From an uncultured Acidobacteriota bacterium (GTDB lineage Bacteria; Acidobacteriota; Thermoanaerobaculia; Gp7-AA8), in the NCBI GenBank assembly GCA_963741955.1, contig CAVUKB010000005.1, positions 1 through 64,000 on the forward strand: a stretch of DNA of 64,000 bases, given 5' to 3'. Every line of letters begins with the position of its first letter. Position 1 is the first letter of the stretch. The translations under genes were made by a program, and so were the position numbers. This document shows positions 1 through 7,397 of this stretch, piece after piece. Below the pieces are notes generated by a model. That model was not told the DNA's origin. It saw only the letters and a list, made by a program, of their open reading frames with translations, and did no database searches.

Positions 1-1
1 T

Positions 2-1018
2 TGCGGCGCGAGTTTTGGCCGGGTCATCGTAACCACGGAGACCTTGACGATCGACCGCGGTAATTCCGGTGGACGGAAAGCCGACGGTCGAATTGCGGCT
101 CGAGGGCGGCATCGCGGTGAAGAGCCCGGCGAAAGTCCTGAAGGGCCTTGGCAGCAAACTGTCCTTCGACCCCGTGCAGTTCTGTTCCGCGGATCCGCGC
201 GGGCAGCGAGACCTGCTGCTCGCGCTCTGTGGCGCGACGATCGATTCCGCGTGGATCAGAGGCGCGTTGCAGGCGGAGACGGGTGAATTGGTCGAAGAGG
301 CGGGCACCAACGCGGCTGCGATATGGGGCGCGCTGGACCCGGTGTTCGGATCGATCGAGGGACACGTCTCCGAGGTGCTTGCGAACGCCTACAGGGGGGC
401 AGGGAGGTCGACGTGAGGTGACGATGGGGCGGCTTCGTCAGCGTCGAGGTGAAACTGGAAGGTTGCTGGCTGGGCTTCAGCGTCCGCTGATCGCTGACTG
501 AGGGGTCCGAAACAAAAGAGCCGGTGATCCGGGAGATCGAGACATGCATCATGCGGCGGCTCGAGGCTGTCCTGGTCGACTCTGGCGAGATCCGCGTCCG
601 CCAGGAGGCGCTCGACCTCGGCTGTAAGATCCTTGAAGTACGCGCTTCCAAACCGGGCCGCGCACGCTTTCATCCGCGGCCCGATTCGCTACAAGGAGAG
701 CGGCGAGGCCCACTATCGAGAGCGCGACGACGCGCATCCTCGCCCGCTATCAACGCTGTCACATTCCGAGCGGTTGCTCGCGGCCCTCTCCGTGTCTACG
801 AGCAGTCACTCGTAGACGGAAGACCTGGAGGTGCTCAACCCATCGACGGTGGCGAGTCGCTAGACGACGAACAGAGCGAGATCGTCCGCGCGTGGGCTTT
901 CGATCGCGACGTGCAGATGATTATGAGCGTGGTGACGTTCGGGGATCTCGTTATCGAAGCGCTGGACTCCGGGGCCGGGATCCGATATTCGACGGCAGGA
1001 AAGGCGGTCCAGGCATGA
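2..1018 (+). pseudogene. Frameshifted phage SMC/RecF-like (AAA) ATPase, 5' truncated
   Basis: Pieces in different frames: GASFGRVIVTTETLTIDR / VDGKPTVELRLEGGIAVKSPAKVLKGLGSKLSFDPVQF (N-lobe), PLSTLSHSERLLAALSVS (ABC-signature-like), EDLEVL / IDGGESLDDE (Walker B/D-loop-like). Confidence 0.6.
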
Positions 1019-1239
1019 CTGACGCGGTCATCATTTCAGCGAGGGTCACAATCCTTCTGGTGCTGCTCTTCTTCTGGAGCATGACGGCGTTTTTGTTCGC
1101 CGGCTGGCGGTTCCTCGCCTCTGAGGGCGACGAATCCTCTGCCAGATGGCTTCGGGTCACGGTAGCGCTACTCTCATATCTGGTCCCGACAACCTTTCTC
1201 GCGGTAATCATCACGTTCGCGCTGGAGGCCTTCGCGTGA
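1015..1239 (+). CDS. Small two-TM membrane protein (phage)
   Basis: ATGA overlap with upstream ORF; two hydrophobic segments. Confidence 0.65.
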   Translation: MTDAVIISARVTILLVLLFFWSMTAFLFAGWRFLASEGDESSARWLRVTVALLSYLVPTTFLAVIITFALEAFA

Positions 1240-1646
1240 CGCCGCTCTATCTGAAAGGATACATCGAAGCCTGTCGGTACCGTATCCTGATCGTCGGGGG
1301 CTCTGCGGTCAAAGTGAGGGCGAGAGGCAATCGCATCGCCGTTGTGATAAAGAAGGCGACTGAACGCATGCGCATCGCCCTCCCGATGCCATCGCGATCA
1401 CATGCGAAACGCGCGGCGGCTGCCGTCCTGCGGGTTCTGAGGCGCGCAAACAACGACTGCGAATATGACGAACTGGTCGAACGGATTGCACGAGAGTACG
1501 CCGATTCCGTGACGCGGAGAGCGAACCCACCGATAGCGACGGGGAAGGTCAGGATTGAATGGACCGACAAGACATCCAGGCGATTCTCCGGCTGGCGAAG
1601 CATTTGCGGACGCTCGCGAATCTATCGGTCGGCGGGAAGGTCTTGA
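1236..1646 (+). CDS. Hypothetical basic phage protein
   Basis: GTGA overlap with upstream stop; 136 aa. Confidence 0.5.
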   Translation: MTPLYLKGYIEACRYRILIVGGSAVKVRARGNRIAVVIKKATERMRIALPMPSRSHAKRAAAAVLRVLRRANNDCEYDELVERIAREYADSVTRRANPPIATGKVRIEWTDKTSRRFSGWRSICGRSRIYRSAGRS

Positions 1647-1731
1647 TCTCAGACGAGCAGGCGCGCGAAATTGCGCGGCTCCTGGACGCAACCGCACAGG
1701 CGCGCGCTTTGGAGATTGGGGCGAAACCAGA

Positions 1732-2247
1732 GTGATTCACGATCCGACAGGTAAATGGGCCGCGATCTTGGCCGGCCGACGCTCACCGAAAAAGAGCGGC
1801 GGGTCGGCGGCTGGCAAACTCCACCACGCGAGGAAATGCGAAATGCAGGAGCGCCGCCTCGGCGCACTGCTGAATCAAATCCGCGAAGCTCGCCTCCCGG
1901 CCCCGGAGCGCGAACATCGGTTCTCGAGACGGCGACGGTGGCGGATAGATCTCTTTTTCGCTGCCTCGCGGGTGGGTATCGAATTCGAGGGCGGCGCGTT
2001 CTCTCGACTCGGAGCGAAGCGGTGCCCGACCTGCAAGCACCTTCCCCAGGGCGGGCATAACACCGGGACTGGATTCGAGCGCAACTGCGAGAAGTACAAC
2101 GAGGCGCAGATCGCCGGGATTCTGATTATCCGCGTGACGGCCGGAATGATCAGGGACGGTCGCGCCATCGATCAATTATGCCGCGCGATCGCGGCTCGGG
2201 CGAAGGAGAAAGGTGATGATCACACAGACCGAGATCCAGTGCCGTAA
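1732..2247 (+). CDS. Vsr/DUF559-like PD-(D/E)XK endonuclease with inserted CxxC
   Basis: PEREHRF..RRWRIDLFF...VGIEFEGG...GGH..G.GFERNCEKYNEAQIAGILIIRVT matches the common phage family motif. Confidence 0.75.
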   Translation: MIHDPTGKWAAILAGRRSPKKSGGSAAGKLHHARKCEMQERRLGALLNQIREARLPAPEREHRFSRRRRWRIDLFFAASRVGIEFEGGAFSRLGAKRCPTCKHLPQGGHNTGTGFERNCEKYNEAQIAGILIIRVTAGMIRDGRAIDQLCRAIAARAKEKGDDHTDRDPVP

Positions 2248-2653
2248 CTGCGGGCTCTACATTTCGGCATCGGAGTTCTACTCTGCCGGAAACCCGCGGC
2301 GCCCCGAACAGCGTCGCCGGACCTGTAAGATCTGCGACGACACCAGGCGGGCCCGATGGTTTCGGCGTGACACTGTCACGAAACCGCTCGTCGGGCCGGA
2401 TCGGAAACAGTGCCGCAGTTGCGGCGAGATTAAGCGCGGATCGGAGTTCCACCGACACCGACGCTCCAATGACGGGCGGCAATCATACTGCAAGGCATGC
2501 GCCGCCGAGAAGCGGCGTCAATGGCGCGCGAACAACCGAGAGCGCGACAACGTCGTGACGAAATTGCGGCGCAGCGGGCTATCTGTCAGGGCCTTCGAGC
2601 GCAACGAACGAATGGAGATCGACGCAGCATGCGCAAGCGACCAGGGCGCGTGA
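2213..2653 (+). CDS. Double Zn-finger protein (endonuclease VII/HNH N-terminal-like)
   Basis: CRNC..EFY..CKIC and KQCRSCGEIK..SEFH..DGRQSYCKAC; no nuclease domain follows. Confidence 0.65.
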   Translation: MMITQTEIQCRNCGLYISASEFYSAGNPRRPEQRRRTCKICDDTRRARWFRRDTVTKPLVGPDRKQCRSCGEIKRGSEFHRHRRSNDGRQSYCKACAAEKRRQWRANNRERDNVVTKLRRSGLSVRAFERNERMEIDAACASDQGA

Positions 2654-3000
2654 AGTCCACCACATCATGCGCGAGCTGCGGGGGGCATAACGTCTCATGC
2701 TTCGATTGCGCGCGACTCGCGATACCGAAGATCCGGCGCGGAGTCGACGATAGCTATCGCCAATGGGTGTCGCGCAAACGGTGCCTCGCGTGCTCAGCGA
2801 CGGCATCTGACGCTCATCATATCGAGACGGTGGGGTCCGGCGGCAGCGACTACTGCTGCATCCCGCTCTGCAGGAGTTGCCACACAGAATTTCACAAGAT
2901 TGGTATCCGCACGTTCGCGGAACGACACCGAATCGATTTGTGGCGCGCGGCTCACGGCCTCGTCGTCGAGTATGCATTCGGAGGAGGCTATGGGGCATGA
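2650..3000 (+). CDS. DUF968/HNHc-like phage nuclease
   Basis: YRQWV..RCLAC....DAHH...GSGGSDY..IPLCRSCHTEFH..G...F; GTGA overlap. Confidence 0.75.
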   Translation: MKSTTSCASCGGHNVSCFDCARLAIPKIRRGVDDSYRQWVSRKRCLACSATASDAHHIETVGSGGSDYCCIPLCRSCHTEFHKIGIRTFAERHRIDLWRAAHGLVVEYAFGGGYGA

Positions 3001-3188
3001 CAATCGACCCACGAGGTGCATCTGCGAATCCCAGCGAACCGGACACCCAGCCACCCACGGGCATATCATTCTGCGTGTACTGCTACTCACAGGTGCCCAC
3101 CATGAGGTATCTGGAGAACGACCTCACCTGCGACGAGCACCGAGAGACGATGTTCGACGAGCGAAAGCCCGCGAAGCGCTTCGCATGA
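2997..3188 (+). CDS. Small Zn-binding hypothetical protein
   Basis: ATGA overlap; CVYC...CDEH. Confidence 0.55.
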   Translation: MTIDPRGASANPSEPDTQPPTGISFCVYCYSQVPTMRYLENDLTCDEHRETMFDERKPAKRFA

Positions 3189-3255
3189 ACGAGGATCCGC
3201 AAAAACTTCTTTTATTATAACCATGAACGACACACCAAACAAAGGAGCGAAGAGC

Positions 3256-3447
3256 ATGAAAAGACAGCGGTCAGAACGCGTAAAGGAACTCCTGAAACGC
3301 ATTGACGACGAGGGGATGATGGTCGGCGAACTCGCGGAAGAGACGTCCGACGAAATCGCCGAGTCCTTCCTGCTACAGGTCCTCGCGTGCCCGATCTGCA
3401 AAGCGGAAGCCCAGCGCAGGAAGCGCCGGCAAGGGAAGTCCAAATGA
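3256..3447 (+). CDS. Hypothetical phage protein (CxxC)
   Basis: AAGGAG RBS before ATG 3256 (alternative start 3223); CPIC. Confidence 0.6.
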   Translation: MKRQRSERVKELLKRIDDEGMMVGELAEETSDEIAESFLLQVLACPICKAEAQRRKRRQGKSK

Positions 3448-3713
3448 CGCACCGCGGCGGGGCATGGTACGAGACGAACCCGAGTGCGAAACGCGGAGCC
3501 ACGGTTGCGCGTTTCTGCTCTCGGTGTCTTTCCGGCGAGCACCACCACGGCCCGACAGGATGTTGTCAGCCGGTAGCTCCCGAACCGCACGATCACCCGT
3601 GCCAATGTGGGGCTCGGCGCATGATCTACGATCGGCCGGCGCAGAAGCGGAAATACGGATCCGGGTGGTATCCGGGTCGCCCGGTTCATTCTGAGGACGG
3701 GGGCGATCTATGA
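3444..3713 (+). CDS. Cys/His-rich hypothetical protein
   Basis: ATGA overlaps at both ends; CSRC..HHH..CC..HPCQC. Confidence 0.55.
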   Translation: MTHRGGAWYETNPSAKRGATVARFCSRCLSGEHHHGPTGCCQPVAPEPHDHPCQCGARRMIYDRPAQKRKYGSGWYPGRPVHSEDGGDL

Positions 3714-4045
3714 AGCCTCTCACCCCGATGCTTGACCATATCAAGGCGATGGTGGCCCGCGGTCCCACTACCGCTCGAGAGTGTTCGGTGATCGCCGCGA
3801 CACAAATGACCGCTCCTCATCTTCACCGGATCGGCCAGGACGAATGCGACGACATGTGCGAGGAGTGGGCGCGCGACGTCTTCTGCATTGGAAACGTCCT
3901 CTCCGATCGAATCGACGCGGGAGAGAGGACTACGATCCCTCACGAGATGGCTCGGTATTACTGCTACCTCGAGCATTGCCAATGCGCGACCTGCAAAAAG
4001 GGCCGATCCGATGAGATTCGGATCGGCCCCAAGGAGCGCAAATGA
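3710..4045 (+). CDS. Cys-rich hypothetical protein
   Basis: ATGA overlap; CDDMC, HCQCATC. Confidence 0.55.
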   Translation: MKPLTPMLDHIKAMVARGPTTARECSVIAATQMTAPHLHRIGQDECDDMCEEWARDVFCIGNVLSDRIDAGERTTIPHEMARYYCYLEHCQCATCKKGRSDEIRIGPKERK

Positions 4046-4256
4046 GCAACAACGAGCAATCCCAATATCGCGTCCCGGGCGCACGAATGGAAGCCTGGGG
4101 TGACGGAAAGTATCCGCAAACGGGAGGCTCCCACACGAGGACCACAGGCTGCGCGGGTAACGGAGCACGGAGCGTGGGGGAGCGCGAGCGGGCGCATACG
4201 ATCAATCCATGGGGCGACTCCCCGCTGAGTCTCCCGGAAAGGAGAGCGAACGAGCA

Positions 4257-4523
4257 ATGGCTCTACTCATGAAAGTAGACGGTACCGATCGAGTCGTCCA
4301 CCCGGAGAATGGCGATCAGTTCACGCTCGAGGAGATGCAGGCGCTTGTTGGTGGCCTGATCGAATTCGTTCGGCCTCGAAACCAGCACGGCGTGAGTGTA
4401 TGGGTGAACGAAGAGGGGATGCTGCTCGATCTCCCGTTCAACCCGAAGCTTTCGAAGTTCTGCGGGATCGGCCTCGTCGGCGACGGCCTTGTGACTTTCG
4501 ACGCCGATCGGGAGGTTGTATGA
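4257..4523 (+). CDS. DUF3846 domain protein
   Basis: TLEEMQALVGGLIE...VWVNEEG.LL.LP.N...LVGD motif; RBS upstream. Confidence 0.8.
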   Translation: MALLMKVDGTDRVVHPENGDQFTLEEMQALVGGLIEFVRPRNQHGVSVWVNEEGMLLDLPFNPKLSKFCGIGLVGDGLVTFDADREVV

Positions 4524-4696
4524 CGCGATGCTTTCTCGAGGAATCAGAGGACAGGTTCTACGTCGTGACGGTATCCTCTTCCTACAGGGTCGAGGCCGCA
4601 TCTGAGGAATCCGCGATTCGTGCAATCACGGAGAGTTCGGATCCAATCAATGAGTACGACGGCTCCGTCGACACGATAACGGCGGATCGGGAATAG
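4520..4696 (+). CDS. Small acidic hypothetical protein
   Basis: GGAGG RBS, ATGA overlap; Y.VTV....VEA.SEE.A motif common in small phage proteins. Confidence 0.6.
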   Translation: MTRCFLEESEDRFYVVTVSSSYRVEAASEESAIRAITESSDPINEYDGSVDTITADRE

Positions 4697-4828
4697 CAAC
4701 GAGCAAGCGGTGCCGCTCCGCGCCAGAAAGAAAGGAGAGGCCCAAACGGAAGTCCCAAACCGCGAGCGGCGGACCGGGAGGAGCGAACCGGATCCGCCGC
4801 TCGGCAATCCGATAAGGAGCGAAGAGCA

Positions 4829-5086
4829 ATGATGACCAAGCGGACCCTCGAAAGGAGCGGCGATAGGCCGCGAGCAACGACATCCGAAGCTGAATATTTA
4901 GAGCAGGAGTTCTACGTGAATTCCGCGCTCGAGAAAATCGACACCGGGCACTTCGACCTCCAGCCAGCCGAGCTCCGCGCGCTCGCGCGCGAGCTCTCGA
5001 TCCTCCAGCACGCATACGGTGACCTGCGCTCGATCGCCACCGATGCCCGCCGGGATCTCGCGGCTATCAGGGAAAGCGTGCGATGA
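4829..5086 (+). CDS. Hypothetical helical protein
   Basis: AAGGAG RBS; 85 aa. Confidence 0.6.
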   Translation: MMTKRTLERSGDRPRATTSEAEYLEQEFYVNSALEKIDTGHFDLQPAELRALARELSILQHAYGDLRSIATDARRDLAAIRESVR

Positions 5087-5321
5087 GTTCCGCCCGGCAG
5101 CAACCCGACTGCGGCTTTCGGTATCTCTCTCGCTTCAGCGGTTCCCGCCGGTACGGAAGCCGCTGCCATCGGCTCCGCGAGCATCACTGCTCAGCGCTAA
5201 TCTCCGATCCTCCCCAATCGCACGATCTCGGATGCAGCGCGCGCACGCGCGGGAAGCAAGGTGGTTTCCGGCGAGGTCGACTCGTGCACCATCGGTTCGT
5301 TCCCGCGGATGGAGGCTCGCG

Positions 5322-6191
5322 ATGATCGACCGCTACGATCGGACCGAGTGCCCGCATTTTCTGCGCGAGAGCTGGCGTGACATGGAGTGCGCGGCGTGCG
5401 GCACGAGCGGGATCCACGCCCCGGAATGCGATCACCCGCGCGACCGGTGGGGCGATATTCCGGACGATGTGGTTCATGAGGTGGTCGCGACGAAGGTCTG
5501 CGGCGCATGTCGCTCGATGCTCCGCCTCTGCGGCTGCGGACGTGGCTGGTCCCAACTCCACGGAGGTGCACCGTCCTGGTGCCAGAGCTGTTACAGGTGC
5601 GTCGCCTGCTGTACGGAGCCCGACCAACCACTTACACCAGCCCTGGAAGATCGTGCGGTCACGAGCTTCCTGTCGATGAACAGGTACCTTTACGACCGAA
5701 ACTCTCCCCATGAGGCGATCGACCGGACGAGGTATTCGATCGAGAGCGAGATTCGCGCATGCGGAACCGTCTCTGATGCCTCGCGGATGCTGATGAAATC
5801 GCACGATCTCGGAGGGGTCGGAAACCGTGAGTTTCTCGTGGTGTTCACGCGTGGTGCACTGCACGTTGAGTCCTGCCATCGAAAGGGGACGGTTCCGGCG
5901 GCGCGCATCGCGCAGGCCGTGCTCTCTCGGGAGGTCCTAGGGTACGTTTGCCTCTCGTGCGGCGGAGTCACGGTGACGGGATTCCCGGAGTTCGGATGCG
6001 GGATGTGGAAGCACTGGGTCGTAGCGAGAAAATACGGCCTCGACGAGAGTCGAGAGGGATTGACTACTCTCGATCCGGATACTTGCGCCGAGGCTGGACG
6101 CGCGGATCTCCGCAGCGTCAGCTCCCTCGAGGGCTTCGACCATTCTGAGCGGCCCACTGATCTGCGCGAGGGTCAATTTTCGCTGTTCTGA
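5322..6191 (+). CDS. Cys-rich multi-Zn-finger hypothetical protein
   Basis: GGAGG RBS; CAAC, CGAC, CGC, CQSCYRCVACC, CLSC; ends GQFSLF. Confidence 0.6.
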   Translation: MIDRYDRTECPHFLRESWRDMECAACGTSGIHAPECDHPRDRWGDIPDDVVHEVVATKVCGACRSMLRLCGCGRGWSQLHGGAPSWCQSCYRCVACCTEPDQPLTPALEDRAVTSFLSMNRYLYDRNSPHEAIDRTRYSIESEIRACGTVSDASRMLMKSHDLGGVGNREFLVVFTRGALHVESCHRKGTVPAARIAQAVLSREVLGYVCLSCGGVTVTGFPEFGCGMWKHWVVARKYGLDESREGLTTLDPDTCAEAGRADLRSVSSLEGFDHSERPTDLREGQFSLF

Positions 6192-6285
6192 CGAGACCAG
6201 AAGGAGAGACGACGCCCAGGCGCCGAAGTGGTAGAATTCTCCCGTGGGGCTCGAAACGTCGAGCCGACCGTGCCGGTACCACAGT

Positions 6286-6313
6286 GGGGGCCGCTCCGTG
6301 CGGCCCTCTTTTT
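6286..6313 (+). terminator. Rho-independent terminator
   Basis: GGGGGCCGC-tccgt-GCGGCCCTC followed by TTTTT. Confidence 0.75.
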
Positions 6314-6400
6314 CGGCTCTCCTCTGCCCGATGTGTCCTCGAATGTGTCCCCACCATCCCACCCCACGGCTGAGCAATCCGCGCAAGTGATTGAGTTTAT

Positions 6401-6477
6401 TGGTGGCCCCGGCAGGACTCGAACCTGCGACCTTGAGTTTAGGAAACTCCTGCTCTATCCACCTGAGCTACGGGGCC
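6401..6477 (-). tRNA. tRNA-Arg (CCT)
   Basis: GGCCCCG acceptor stem, TAGCTCAG.TGGATAGAGC D-arm, loop TT-CCT-AA, GGTTCGAGTCC T-arm, encoded CCA. Confidence 0.95.
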
Positions 6478-6637
6478 GTGCGCCGGGCGCGCATGTTAGC
6501 AGATCCATCTTCGCCCGGAGTTCTGTGTTCGTCTCTGTAACGTTCGCGCCGATCCGGTTCTTTCGCCAACGCCTCGACAGAGTCCGTATGGTTCGCGTTT
6601 CGCAAATAACTCCTCACGACAGGAAGAGGAGCGACAA

Positions 6638-7249
6638 ATGCGAAACAATCCGTCCGCTGTCCGTTTTCTCGCACTGGCGGCCTTTCTCATTCTGATCTCG
6701 ACCGCCTCCATCGCAGGGGAGCTCCCCGCGCCGAACGGCTCCGATGAGCCGGCCGCGTGGTGGCGCACCGACCGGATCGAACGGGAGGGGCTTCCCGCGG
6801 AAGTCCCACGCGTGGGAACCGTTCTCACGGTCGACACGACCGAACACATGGCGTACCTCTGGCGCGACGGGAATCTGGTGATCAAGGGTCCTGCAGCGAC
6901 CGGTCGAGACGAGATGCTGATTCACGGCCGGGAGCGGTGGATGTTCCGGACCCCGCACGGACGGATCCCGATCCTGGAAAAGATCGTCGATCCGGTCTGG
7001 TCCAAGCCCGACTGGGCTTTCGTCGAGAAGCACGAACCGGTTCCACCTCCAGATTCACAGCTGCGCTATGAGCGCGGCGTCCTCGGCGACTACGCGCTCG
7101 ACCTCGGGGACGGGATCCTCGTTCACGGTACGAAGGATCGTTCGTCTCTCGGGAAAGCAGCCTCGCACGGCTGCATCCGGCTCGGGGCGGAGATGCTGAA
7201 GACGGTGTACGACGCGATGGAGGTCGGGGAGTTCGTGTACGTCTATTGA
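6638..7249 (+). CDS. L,D-transpeptidase (YkuD family)
   Basis: Signal peptide; ILVHGT...SHGCIRL catalytic motif. Confidence 0.9.
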   Translation: MRNNPSAVRFLALAAFLILISTASIAGELPAPNGSDEPAAWWRTDRIEREGLPAEVPRVGTVLTVDTTEHMAYLWRDGNLVIKGPAATGRDEMLIHGRERWMFRTPHGRIPILEKIVDPVWSKPDWAFVEKHEPVPPPDSQLRYERGVLGDYALDLGDGILVHGTKDRSSLGKAASHGCIRLGAEMLKTVYDAMEVGEFVYVY

Positions 7250-7262
7250 GAAACTGAGAGGC

Positions 7263-7347
7263 ATCGAGGATCGAGGATCGAGGATCGAGGATCGTGGATC
7301 GAGGATCTGAAAAGCATCGAGGATCGAGGATCGAGGGTCGAGGATCT
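7263..7347. repeat. Heptamer (ATCGAGG)n tandem repeat
   Basis: About 10 copies in two runs between convergent genes. Confidence 0.9.
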
Positions 7348-7397
7348 GGAAAGCGTCGAGAATAGATCTGAAAGAGAGCGAGAATTGTCGATCGGGG

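Larger units (their letters stand above)
1..6400 (+). mobile_element. Prophage/integrative element, right-hand end (left end outside window)
   Basis: Co-oriented short ORFs with ATGA/GTGA overlaps; phage-type families (SMC-like ATPase, Vsr/DUF559-like nuclease, DUF968-like HNH, DUF3846); ends at the 3' CCA end of a tRNA gene. No integrase in window. Confidence 0.8.
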
